Below, one piece after another: positions 52,820-64,000 of a stretch of DNA of 64,000 nucleotides. The translations under genes were made by a program, and so were the position numbers. The number at the start of each line of letters is the position of its first letter. Positions within the stretch are counted from its first letter, which is position 1. Origin of the DNA: Bispira polyomma. Taxonomy: Eukaryota. The notes below the pieces were generated by a model. That model saw nothing but the letters and a program-made list of their open reading frames with translations. It made no database searches and was not told where the DNA came from. The stretch covers positions 56,296,001-56,360,000 of the forward strand of contig OZ287758.1 in assembly GCA_965649765.1 (NCBI GenBank). Direction: 5' to 3'.

Positions 52820-54400
52820 CTGGTTCACTTTATGTTTGGGTATATTGGATGTATGCAGGAAGAGAGTAGCAAAAAAGTTACAGTCAACATGTTAGTGTAT
52901 CCGGCATGTTTGTTAGTAAATTGCATGTTACGAACCTTGCGTAGCATTCAAGGTACAGGACAAGTTTAGCCACCTGGGACTTTTTTGAGAGACCTCAGGT
53001 GGTTTAATTCTTCCCTTCAAGATTACAATAGTAAAGTGGTTATTTGTGCAGCCAAACCACAGTTGGAGGTTTTTGTGGATGCATCATAAACCGGAATTGG
53101 CTTTGAGAATATGGGCCCTAAAATGGAGTAGTAAAAAAGTTGGCCAGTGGTTGATGGCAGTGGTTAATGCTTTAAACTTAGGGAGGATGTGGAATGAATT
53201 TTGTATAGCATGTGCTAGATCTCTTTGGGCATTGGCTGCAAACTATGACATAACTCTGGAATATAAACACATATATGGGCAGAATATTGGGCATGCAGAT
53301 GCATTATCTGGATGGTTTTCAGGTAAACAGTTAAATGGTAAACAGTTCAGGAATTAAAACACTGCACATGGTGGGCAGTGGGTGAAGATGTATTTTGGCC
53401 AGATTTCACCGTTTAATATAATTGTAGGTACTGCAAAAGATAACCAGCTACTACAGAGAGCTGCTTCCAGGATTCAGGTTTAAGAGCTTGCACAGCAAAT
53501 GCGTATTCATGCAAATTTAAGTCACTTCTTGGTTTTGCACTCTATTTCAAGGTATCATATAAGTCACTAAATGCTGTGCTAATGTTTTTGGAGTACTTGA
53601 CAATGCAGGGAAATGTAGTTCAATCTTTGCAAAATTACCTTTCTGCTATCAGGCATTTGTCTGGATTATATTTTGTAGCTGATAGCAACCTGGATCATAG
53701 AAAAATTGTTTTATTCATCAAGTTAGAGCCTATGAATGCACTATATAAGTCTGTCATGAGAGGGGTTTTCACTTTGCATAATATAAAGCAAATTTTTTAG
53801 GCATGTGAGCAAGTACGAAATGGTCCAGTGTAAAGGGTCATATTTTTGATGGCCTATTATGGGTTTTTAGGCTGTCCAACATGGTTCCAAATTCTAAGTA
53901 TAGTTTTGATAAAACCAGGCACTTCGCAGTCAATGATGTTATAATTGCCCCTCCTGGTGCTCGATTGGTAGTGAAATACCATAAAGCCATGCAAGGGGCC
54001 AAAAGAGTACAAATTGTGCTAATACCACAGTTAAAACATTCAGTACTGTGTCCTGTGCATGCAATTAAATGCTTTGTAAAAAACTACAAACTAGTAGGGG
54101 ACTCACCTTTCTTTGTCATTCCTCAAGGTCAGGCATTATTGCCTGTAAGGGCTTGCAAAGTTAGAAAAACTTTGTCTCTTATTCTTCAGAAATTACAAAT
54201 CGATTACAAAAATTATAGGTTTCATGTATTTAAGTGCTTGGGTGCTTCATTTGCTTTTAACAAGGATTTCAAACTGCAAAGCATACATGCACATGGGGGT
54301 TGGAAGAGTGAAGAGAGCGAGCATTACCTGGAATCCACCCCAGAAGCAGCAGCTATAACTACAACATAATTGGGAACTTTCTTGTAAATAACTAACAAGA
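52820..54400 (+). mobile_element. Decayed tyrosine-recombinase (DIRS/Ngaro-type) retrotransposon: RT end, RNase H and YR
   Basis: DLRWF, LEVFVDAS and KHIYGQNIGHADALS (RNase H); FLEYL..SLQNYLSAIRH (SAM-like); MAYYGFL..SNMVP, CPVHAI, YRFHVFK and HGGWKSE..Y (YR catalytic region, degenerate). Contains stops and frameshifts. Confidence 0.82.
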
Positions 54401-54552
54401 CTAATTTCATAGAGTAACAATCATAGTTGAATGTTTTAACCTGTGTCTTTAGTGTCAATAAATTACTATTGTGTCAATTGTATAGTGTTTGCAATCAAAT
54501 ATGACCTTGAAAGGTTAATATCACATCAGACTTTATCACTTTAATTAGTCGC

Positions 54553-54946
54553 GAGCTTTTGACATCATGATCTTTTTGACTGGTTTGACATTATGATCTT
54601 TTTGACTTGATTGACATCATGAGCTTTTTGACTGGTTTGACATCATGAGCTTTTTGACTGGTTTGACATCATGAGCTTTTTGACTGGTTTGACATCATGA
54701 GCTTTTTGACTGGTTTGACATCATGAGCTTTTTGACTGGTTTGACATCATGAGCTTTTTGACTGGTTTGACATCATGAGCTTTTTGACTGGTTTGACATC
54801 ATGAGCTTTTTGACTGGTTTGACATCATGAGCTTTTTGACTGGTTTGACATCATGAGCTTTTTTACTGGTTTGACATCATGAGCTTTCAACTTGTTTGAC
54901 ATTATGATCTTTTTGACTTGATTGACATCATGAGTTTTTTGACTTG
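54553..54946. repeat. 26-bp tandem repeat, ~15 copies
   Basis: GACTGGTTTGACATCATGAGCTTTTT. Confidence 0.95.
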
Positions 54947-55004
54947 TAGACTGAATGACACTGGGTACAGTCGGATCTAAAAGTGTGTATACTGTACCTG
55001 TATC

Positions 55005-55310
55005 CCCAGTGCCCCCCAAGTACCCCACCCACCTCTAGTATCCCCCACCATCAACACAGTATCTCCACTATCCCCCAAGATTCCACCCCAGTACCTTCAC
55101 CCCAGTCCCCCCACCCAGTCCCTAAATATAGACCCCCAACCCAGTCCCCCCACCCAGTCCCCCAACCCAGTCCCCCCACCCAGTCCCTAAACCAAGACCA
55201 CCAAACCCAGTCCCCCCACCCAGTTTCCCAACCCTGTTTCCCATCCCAGTCCCCCTCCCCAGTCCCCCACCCCAGCATCTCTATAGACCCCAGCCCCCCC
55301 CCCCCCCCCC
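55005..55310. repeat. C-rich (G-rich on the transcript) low-complexity repeat just downstream of the exon-3 donor
   Basis: CCCAGTCCCCCCA units plus a long C run. Confidence 0.85.
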
Positions 55311-55320
55311 ACTCACTCAC

Positions 55321-55422
55321 CTTCTTCCTGTAGGTCAGTATCTGCTGTTTAAGACCTGAGTTTTCTGCTGCAATGTTGGTGATGCTTTCTACTGAGATGG
55401 TCTGGCCTGTTGTGGATGCGTT
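55321..55422 (-). CDS. Coiled-coil protein gene exon 3
   Basis: ctgtacag|AAC GCA..NASTTGQTISVESITNIAAENSGLKQQILTYRKK..AAG|GTGAGT; phase 0 to 0. Confidence 0.83.
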
Positions 55423-55849
55423 CTGTACAGTACACCAGTATAATAGAGCACAGCTAGTTTTCTATAGACTAAACACGCCATACCTACTCCCAGGGCCTAC
55501 CTAGTGTAGAAGCCAGTACGCCCAGGCATATCAATTGAATGACAGAAAAAAAAAGCCCTTAACCAACCTCTTGACCTTTACTCACCTTTACCTCTATGCT
55601 AACCTTGACCTTTCTATTTGCCTGCTTTCACTCTTTTTGGGTTTTTTATTGGCAAAAAAACAATCCTGCCATTACATGAGGACTGGTGGTACAATTCACC
55701 CTGGCAGTTAGGGTGACCCAATCTTTTGTTGTGAACATTATTATTATACTAATGACATATCTTTTTTTTGTTACTTAATTACAATAACATGAAACATAAT
55801 ATGGAGTACAGTACCAAAAAAAAACTCTTTGCGTCATTTTAAAAATTAG

Positions 55850-56380
55850 AATAATTTATTTAAAATAATAGTTTTTTTCAAAGATTTTCTGTTTGAATTC
55901 TATTTTGGCTAAAAAGTTTGGTTCCTCATAAACATGCTTAAACTTTACTTTTATTTCTGACAATCTTAGTTGTTTATTGTTTCTAGAATTGGAATAAATA
56001 TAGTTCTTTGTAACCAATATAATAGTGTTGATTGGAAGAAAATTGTTACTTTTTAAATATCTAAAGATGATTTCTGGTTCCGCTAACATAAGAGGTATAC
56101 TGGTCTTTGCTTGAATCCATTCTTCAACTTCATTCCATAAATTCACTACTTTAGGACATGAGTAAAAAGCTGAATCAATGTTTCAGGAAAGGAGTTACAT
56201 AATAAACAGTTGGCATAGTCCTTGATACCTATTCTCTGTAATAATTTCTGGGTACCAAGAATTCTATGAATATAGTACTGAAACCAAGTTAAATACTTGT
56301 CCTGTCCTTTAAAACATATTAAAAATATTTTATGCCAAACTGATGGCTCAATACAAATATTCAATTCTTTCATTTATATT
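55850..56380 (-). mobile_element. L1/Tx1-like LINE fragment (C-terminal zinc-binding region of ORF2)
   Basis: WFQYYIHRILGT..CLLCNSFPETLIQLF..LWNEVEEWI..INTIILVTKNYIY; frameshifted. Confidence 0.75.
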
Positions 56381-56399
56381 CTACATAACCTTAACAAAC

Positions 56400-57095
56400 C
56401 TATTGACCTGTACTGACCTTCACTCTTCCTATTAACTCACCCTGATCATATCTGCTGAATTGTACACACACCCAGCTTTCATGTTTACTTACCTCCACTT
56501 TGTTCCTTGGCTAATACTGACCTTTTAATCTTTATCAACATGGACCCTTGACTTTAGCTCTCCTTAACCTGCCTGTTGACCGTTACTTACCTTTGACTTT
56601 GAATTTTGACCTGTACTGAACTTGAGTATTTACCCTTGCTTACCTTGACCTTTCCTATTTACCCTTGCTTACCTTGACCTTGACTATTAACTATTAATGT
56701 TGAATACTGTTACTTATCTAGACTTTGATTGCTGAAGTTTACTTATCCTGACTGTAATTATTGACTGGTACTGACCTTTGACATTTACTGACCTTACACT
56801 GTGCATGTTGGCTTTTACTTACCTTAACTTTAACAGCTGACCTTTACTTACTCTGACCTTTGAAATTTACTGCTCTGTATGTTGGTCTTTACTTACCTTG
56901 ACTTTTAACAGCTGACCTTACTTATATTGACTGTAATTGGTGATTTGTATTGGTCCCAACCTTTTCACATTTACTGACCTTACACTCTGTAAGTTGTCCT
57001 TCACTTAACTTGAATTTAACAGCTGATTTTTACTCACCTTGACTTTAACAGCTGACTTTTACTTATCTTGACTGTAATTATTGACCTTTACTGAC
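56400..57095. repeat. Degenerate repeat region rich in minus-strand donor-like motifs after the exon-2 donor
   Basis: Repeated ACTTACCTT, ACTCACCTT and ACTGACCTT (AAG|GTAAGT, GTGAGT, GTCAGT on -) with TTAACAGCTGA units. Confidence 0.7.
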
Positions 57096-57513
57096 CTTGT
57101 TCTGTCTGTTGGCTTGACTGTTCTGAGATGGTGGGGGTTCCCTGATTTTCGCGTTGTCTACCATCCAGGGGTTACATTTCTTTGGGGAGGTGCCTGGGGA
57201 TGTTGTTCCTGGGGATGATGCAATCCCTGGAGGAGGGCTCTGACACATCTTGTTGTCGGACTCACTCCCCTTTGTACTCACATTAGCAAATGAGGCCGCG
57301 GCAAAGAACTCCTTGGCCGAGTAGCGGAGGTTTGAGGGGAGTGGGGGTGACTCGTATCCCTCTGGCAGACAGTTTGGGGTTGGGCCTCTACTGCCTGGGG
57401 CCCTCCAGTCTCCACGGGGATGGGTGTCTTCATAAAACAGCCCACTGTCATTGAGCTCGGAGCACATAGGGGAGCCATACTGGTAAGAACTAGAGGTCTG
57501 GAGCTGGCTGAAC
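57096..57513 (-). CDS. Coiled-coil protein gene exon 2 (Ser/Pro-rich)
   Basis: Branch point CACTAAC plus tttactccag|G TTC AGC..., in frame with ORF 57078-57467; donor AAG|GTCAGT; phase 2 to 0. Confidence 0.85.
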
Positions 57514-57675
57514 CTGGAGTAAAGACACAGTTAGTGTAAGTCATAGCCATACTGGTAAGAACTAGAGGTCTGGAGCTGGCTGAACCTGGAGTAAAGACAC
57601 AGTTAGTGTAAGTCATAGTCAGACTGGTAAGAACTAAAGGTCTGGAGCTGGCTAAACCTGGAGTAAAGACACAGC
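57474..57675. repeat. 72-bp repeat x~2.8 spanning the exon-2 acceptor
   Basis: CTGGAGTAAAGACACAG at 57514, 57586 and 57658. Confidence 0.93.
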
Positions 57676-58342
57676 ATCAGTCACAGCTAAACTGGGACTA
57701 TAGAGATACAGATATACTCAATGGATCTCTGCACAAAGGTTTACATTTGATTGACACGTCAACAAAGTGTCACGGGCCTTGTGTACTGACTGCACTCCAA
57801 TAAGTAAGCCCCACCACAATGTATACTTGTATGCAAGCAGTAAGTACTGCAACGTGTATGAAACAGAATTGACTTGAGAGTGAGTACTAAAGATTTATAC
57901 TTTGCTAGCAAATACAATTTTCTGTTACCATTGTATTTACAATTATTTTTGAAAATAAAACAAAAAGTCAATTATTTAAACACAATGACTATTGCTTGGT
58001 TTAAAAATGTACTTTGCCACACTGGAAAATATAATCCCTGATTTAAAAGATTTATAAAAAATAATCTGGCAATGAAGTATTATTACAAATGATTTGTAAT
58101 ACAAATAATAAGATCCAGTTGAACACTTGTAAGCCAAACCTCAAGGGGCCAGGAAAAATACTTCTACTTTAGCAGGATTTCCACTAAACAGGGTGGATTT
58201 TAAAAGAAAGTGCTTTTGTGGGACTAAAGATTTTTTCTACATAAGAGGGAAATTGAGTTAACAGAGTTCCACTTAAAGAGGTGTGCCTGTATTATAGTTT
58301 GAGAGTCATTTAGAATTTAACCCATTTCAATAGATGCGGTAA

Positions 58343-58680
58343 AATAATAATAATAATTATTCAATTGATATAGCGCATTAGATAACATCACTGTTATCTA
58401 ATGCACTTATGACATTATTACCCTAGCCTGGGTTCTTCAACTTGTCAACCATTGTACAGTCTCATACTGGGAGCATACTATCCAAGCTGCCACATACAGC
58501 GCTTCAGACTAACACCCATTAGCGGCCAGGTACCCATTTATACACCTAGGTTTAAAGGGACAACTTTTTGTGAAGCACCTTACCCAAGGATACAATCTCC
58601 AGGCCTGCAGCGAGGATCAAACCTGGGCTCTCAAGATTCCTGAGATCTAAATTCCAAAGACTGACACTTCAACCTCCAAG
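58343..58680 (-). mobile_element. tRNA-derived CORE-like SINE (second copy) with (TTA)n tail
   Basis: Shares GGCCAGGTACCCATTTATACACCT.GG and CTTGTCAACCA with the copy at 25680-25944. Minus-strand 3' end is GCGCTATATCAATTGAATAATTATTATTATT. Confidence 0.7.
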
Positions 58681-59122
58681 CATAGAGCAAAGTATGAAAT
58701 CAGGTACATTTTAGATGGTTTTAAAGTTTTCAATGTTTGGAGATATTTCATTCACTGTATTAAAGTTAAACTGGTTTGTTATTTGTTTTCATTCATCATT
58801 TATTAAAGTGTAAAGTAACATTATCTAGAATGCGGTAAAAGCCAATATAATATATGTTCAAAAACAGGAATTCAAGTGAAACGTGTTCCCATTTTAAGAC
58901 AAAAAAAAAATCAATATATATCTTTCAAAAGTATATCAATTTCTTTTAATCAGTTTTGAGTGTACACATATGAGAAAAAAAACAACACGTCTTTATATTA
59001 ATAAAAATCTAACTGCCACATTTCACAGCTCATTGCTGCCATTAAAAAACTACCAACAACCAATGTGTAGCTAGAAATGTGGTGAAAAACCTGGTTGTAC
59101 ATTTTAGAAGAATTCCACTTAC

Positions 59123-59325
59123 TTTGCCGTCAATTCATTCAGCCGGAAGTGGTTGCTGTCGACCTGTGACTGTAGGGTAGCCAGGGTTGGCTGGCTGGGA
59201 CAGTCGGGGTACGGGAAGTCAGACTTGCTGGTACTCAGCTGGTTTTGGACCTCAGTCAGCTGGGTTTGTTGGGCCGTCACTTTCTTGTCAAGTTCTTGGA
59301 TCTGGTGGGCAAACGCGGAAAGCAT
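59123..59325 (-). CDS. Uncharacterised coiled-coil protein, coding exon 1 (~432 aa total)
   Basis: MLSAFAHQIQELDKKVTAQQTQLTEVQNQL.. heptad pattern; in-frame upstream stop; donor AA|GTAAGT at 59122 is phase 2, matching exon 2. Confidence 0.85.
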
Positions 59326-59479
59326 CGCGGGCCCTTGATTAAAACTGCTGTACGTGGAATTCTTTGTTGTAGAGAATTCAATATAGAACTTATTACATAT
59401 TCATAACTTCCGTTGGCATCATCTATCGTTGGTAAAGTGTTCGGATTTTCTTTACACTTCGAACGGTGATCGTGTGTCA

Positions 59480-59605
59480 CATTCGGAAGTTATATCTCTG
59501 AGCCGGTTACCACAAGACCGAAGGTTGTGACGTGTTTTAGGTTGTGTATTCGTGTGACGTCACTGGGAAAGCATTCGACGTCATAATGGTGATTAATGAC
59601 GTAGA
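59480..59605 (-). promoter_or_regulatory. Probable promoter with clustered CRE/ATF and ETS motifs
   Basis: Palindrome GTGACGTCAC at 59554-59563; TGACGT ~59528, GACGTCA ~59577, TGACGT ~59597; CGGAAGT ~59484; locally CpG-rich. Confidence 0.6.
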
Positions 59606-62600
59606 AATTTGTTGAAGAAACCCTCCTCCACCCGAATGTTTGATAAATGTCTTTTTGGTACTATTATTTACGACTAATTTGATTAATTGTGATGATGGCT
59701 GTGCTTTAAAGATTTATATCATAATTTAATAGTATTTAGACTTGTTATTAATCATGTATAGATATAAAACAAATTGTCACAATTGTCAAGGCTACTAATT
59801 ACGTTGGGAGTATTTTGTCAATCTCTAGATACTACAGGGGGGGACAGCGATTTGCTTGAAATTTACAGAAATTTGACAAATATGAGTAAAAGGAAACAAT
59901 CTTAAGGCAATTCACTGGTAATTTGTGGAGGTCATTCCATTGCATACAAATCAGACTCATATCCAGATACATTAAGGTACTTCCGATGAATTTTAACCAC
60001 AAGTTAGAAACCAAAGTCACTGGGTAATACTGATTAAAAAGTGGACAGCATTTCGCCATTTTCAAACAGTGGTAAATATTTGGATTAAAATATAACCTAT
60101 AAGTTTTATTAACAATAATAATTATGTTATGAAATACTTTATGAGAACGATAGATAATATGAGAAACAGAAAAGAAACCGCAATACAGCCCAATAGCCAA
60201 TCATTAGTACTGTCTAATCATCAACCTCAAATTTTGGGCAGTACCACTGTTTTTTTTAGCTGTGTTTGTACTTTAAATTCATTTAAAATTGATTTAGACA
60301 GACAATAATCTATAGATTTGTGGTGTAAACATGTGTATGTTATATGGTAATTATAATGTGAAAATAATTCCTTTAAAATTAATTTTATACAGTGATTGGG
60401 TGGAATAACCATATTTATGGCGAAATGCTGTCCACCACAAATTGCTGTCTCTCCCCCCCCCCCCCCCCCCCCCCCCTGTATATCCAACAAGTCAAACTTT
60501 CTGGTAAAAAATATATGAAACCTGCTTTCAAGTTGCGTCATATTACATGTAACAGCCCACATACAATGTCTTGCTTTGTTGCACTATTTGGAATATTTCA
60601 GTACGCAGTGAACATACCTATTGACTGGTGTCAACTCAGGAAACAGTCAAATTTAAGGTGGCAAGTTGTGTCTAAAAGTTGGTCAAATCTCTTGGAGGAT
60701 ATAACTTCTGCATACGTCATCCTGTGGTTTGGTCTAATGATTTAAGGCCCCTTGTTAAAGTTTCAGTGTTGTTGACAGCACAGTTAACAATAGGACATAA
60801 TTAGGTAATTAAATAATATAGGCAAACCCTGATGGTAGTTTACAATGAAATCAGTACATCTAAAGAAAATGCAAAAGTCTGTCTTAAGGGCCCATTTCCT
60901 CTCAGAAAGCTACATTTGACAGCCCTAAATAGGACAAACATTTCACACATATTGTATTTGTAAATTTGAAGAAAATTCTATCAGTATTTTTGTTATATAA
61001 TGGAAATTAAAATACGTTTACACATAAATGCTCATATGTGTTACACATGTCAAAATCCTTTCGCCCTAAACTTAGCTAATAATTAATATGGTACCTGTAG
61101 ATTGTACAGTACATAATATTATATACTTCCTAATAATACAAAAACTAAGCCTTGAAAGACATATACTCTGTAGAGCAGCTAGTTAAGATACTTGTGCTTT
61201 TCTTCGAACAAGAAATATTATCCAAAATTAATTTCAAAATTTATTTCTGACCAAAAATTCCCTATCTAAAATATTTAATCAATTGTTACAAACAAATCAA
61301 GAAGAAATGGATTAAATATATTGAGAAGTTTGTAACACTATTTTAATGATGTGTACAAATTGGCCCCTCGCCGAAACCCATCATATAAAGTTAGGAAGCC
61401 ACACAAGCCGCACAAAACCTTTTGGTCTAGTGCTCTTTCTGATGATCTTTGGGATATTTTAAAATATAAGGATCAAGAAATAAAAGAACAAGTAAAGTTC
61501 TCAGAGCGCTGCTCATTTATTAAATACAAACTTTTTCATATTTTCAGTATGCATTAATTTGTGAGATTTCTCTAGTAAATATACAACAGTTTATGTTTTT
61601 CATAATGTGTCGCAAATGTATGAATAAACTGTGCAATTACTCAGCACTACACATTGTAATTTATTGCATTTTGTATGTGATGATTTACCTCCAGATACAA
61701 AGCTTCATCTAAGATTGTTAAAGTTTATGTTTGCAGTAGCCTCCTGGAATGAGAGTTTGTGTGTTAAATATTATTTTAGTATATGAAATGCTATGAAATA
61801 CATGTGAATACTATGAAATACATGTGGATACATCACAGGAAATAAGTCCAAGATAGATATATAGAGAAGAGAGAGAAGAAGGAGTGGAGTCCCAACATAA
61901 TATACATGCAATATAACGGACAGACCAACTTGGGAAATGCTTAAAAAGGAAAGAGTTCAGTGAAAGTCATTTTTGGGGTAAAATGTTGTCAAAAATTTGT
62001 CATTTTGTATACACTATGTGCTTGGGTGTGTGTAGGTTTTTCATTTGTGCAATATGTAGTTGAATGGAAATGAAAGGAAATGATAATACGGAAGTTTAAA
62101 ACATTTATAAACTACATATAAAGTGTGTCATTGTGTTTGACTGTCTTGTTTAATAATATATATAGTGTATTTGCATTTATGAATGAAGGAAATGGAAAAA
62201 TCGTGTATTGTTTTGGAAAAGGGTTGTCAAATTTGTCAATTTGAAAATACCAGTCAAATAACAAATTGTACCACTGACAAACTTTCACTTTGTTTGTCAA
62301 AAATTTGTTGTTGGTTTTGTTTCACCATTCAGTAAAAACTGTTTGTTTGGAATGTTAAATTTGCAAATGGGTGCACCTTTTTGTAATATTGGTGGACATA
62401 GGTTCTGCATTTAAAAAATAATAGCACACCAAATGATTTACTGTTATGGTAATTCTTTTTGATAAGTTGCAACTTGATTTTTCTACAGTGCAAATCAAGT
62501 TTGTCAAAAGTTTGCCAATGTATGCAAGATTCCAGACATGTGACAATTTTAGTTTAAGATTATATTTTAATTTGTAAATGTTTAATTTGTCAGTGTTTTA

Positions 62601-63049
62601 TTTTTATGTCAACTGATGAAGTTGCTGCTATTATGCCATGGGTCTGTACATCTGCAAATATTTTACCAATATATTCTAGAACTATGGAAGGGATGAGCTA
62701 GTCTGAAATTTTGCATACAGATACCTGATTATATTGATAAAGAAAATGCTTCGACGTTCATTTTTTTGAGTTTCATATTTTGGAAATAGCAAAAATTTAC
62801 TCGTATTCTCTTAATGTTGAATATGTCATTATCTATTGGGTTTTAAAAAGTATTTGGAGTTCCTACTTCTCATCATTTTAAGTGTGGTATCAATGTCAAC
62901 TTTCAGTTTCGAAAATTTTATTTGAGATCAATTTTTTGACTAAAGCGTAACTGCTTTTTAAAAAAAAAATTTTATTTTTTTATAGTATTTTAATTACAGT
63001 ACAAAATTAATGAAGTGGCATAAATTAAATCAAAAACATACAATACATT

Positions 63050-64000
63050 AGAAATTACATGCACAAACATATTTCATAAAATTCTGTCTCACAAACAAAA
63101 TATATTCTGTTCCATGTTTCAATAATAGCTGTTTTATTATGTTCAGTGTCAGTGAGTTTTATTCTTAAAATTACATCATTGGTTCTTCTTCTCAAAAGAT
63201 TACAGAAATGAGAGTGAGAGACCTTTATATTCTGTATTTTATGAATGTATGTGTGTACCATTTGGCATATAGGATGACAAAGTTGATGACACTCATTACT
63301 GTTTCTTTAGAACGAGATACCTAATAGAACTTCCAGTAAAGTTAAGTCTAACTTTATTTCAAATGCTTCAAATATCAATTCCTTCACTATCAACCAGAGA
63401 GGAGTTACTAAATTACAGTAATAAAGAAAGTGCTTAATTGTATCAATAGCTAGGCACTATTCACAATACTGAGATCCACTTATCTTCCACAGGTAAAGAT
63501 TATAATTGCAGGATACAAACCTGTTCAAAATTTTATATTAAAAGCTTTGGAGTCTAGGTTCCTGACAATTCCTTAGGTAAAAACTGTAAGTAATTTTGAA
63601 AATCTACTTTATGGAGGAATATATCAGGACTTTTTACACCAAACATCTTTAAAGTAAGATATCGCTATTTATTTTAACCATTTTTATTTGTAGTATCAAG
63701 GAGAGCTTTATTGCAGCTATTGTATTGTTTAAATCGATAATTTTTAGACCCCCACACTGTGTATCATTTACAACACTTTTCATTTTTACCTTTGGTCTAC
63801 TAACTTTCCCCCAGAGAAAACTGAAAAGCAATTTGTTGATTTTTTTTAATAAACGATTGTGCCACATATACCATACTACAGATATTAATAATCTAACTCA
63901 AAACTAGACTTTTAATTATTAAAACTTTACCTTTTAAACTTGGAGACTGGGTTGACCAGATGTTTATAATGTTCTGGACACTTCTAAGTTTAGATTTTAA
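63050..64000 (-). mobile_element. Decayed L1/Tx1-like LINE ORF2 fragment
   Basis: INKLLFSFLWGK..KVK..GGLKIIDL is typical of the post-RT region of L1/Tx1 elements; many stops. Confidence 0.68.

Noticed and set aside
53576-54369. Functional phage-like integrase or horizontal transfer
   Set aside because: Broken frames, degenerate catalytic motif (HVFK instead of HSxR) and adjacent RNase H point to a decayed YR retrotransposon.

Overview
Eukaryotic, AT-rich, intron-rich genomic DNA. The SINE, Helentron and MITE content suggests a marine invertebrate such as a mollusc (inference). Two convergent spliced genes were reconstructed by hand from GT-AG sites with consistent intron phases. (1) A + strand gene with 8 coding exons (3647-32827; about 1713 aa, or about 843 aa using an internal acceptor at 18068) encodes four matrin/U1-type C2H2 zinc fingers (ZNF385/ZNF346/ZMAT-like) and a long C-terminal RGG/FGG glycine-rich, Tyr-tailed low-complexity domain. 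(2) A - strand gene with 8 coding exons (59325-36029; about 432 aa) encodes an uncharacterised coiled-coil protein and has a CRE/ETS-rich promoter. The introns hold a satellite-carrying Helentron-type element, a TTA-flanked Harbinger-like element, several MITEs, tRNA-derived SINEs, decayed DIRS/Ngaro-type and L1/Tx1-type retroelements, and more than 20 tandem arrays including a 9-kb satellite. The most striking pattern is that many arrays are local amplifications of the exon-intron junctions themselves. Splice acceptors (with branch point and exon start) or donors (with exon end) are repeated from 3 to several hundred times into the flanking intron in both genes, giving arrays of decoy splice sites. 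Two more arrays are anchored on MITE termini. The long ORFs in the satellites are repeat artefacts.
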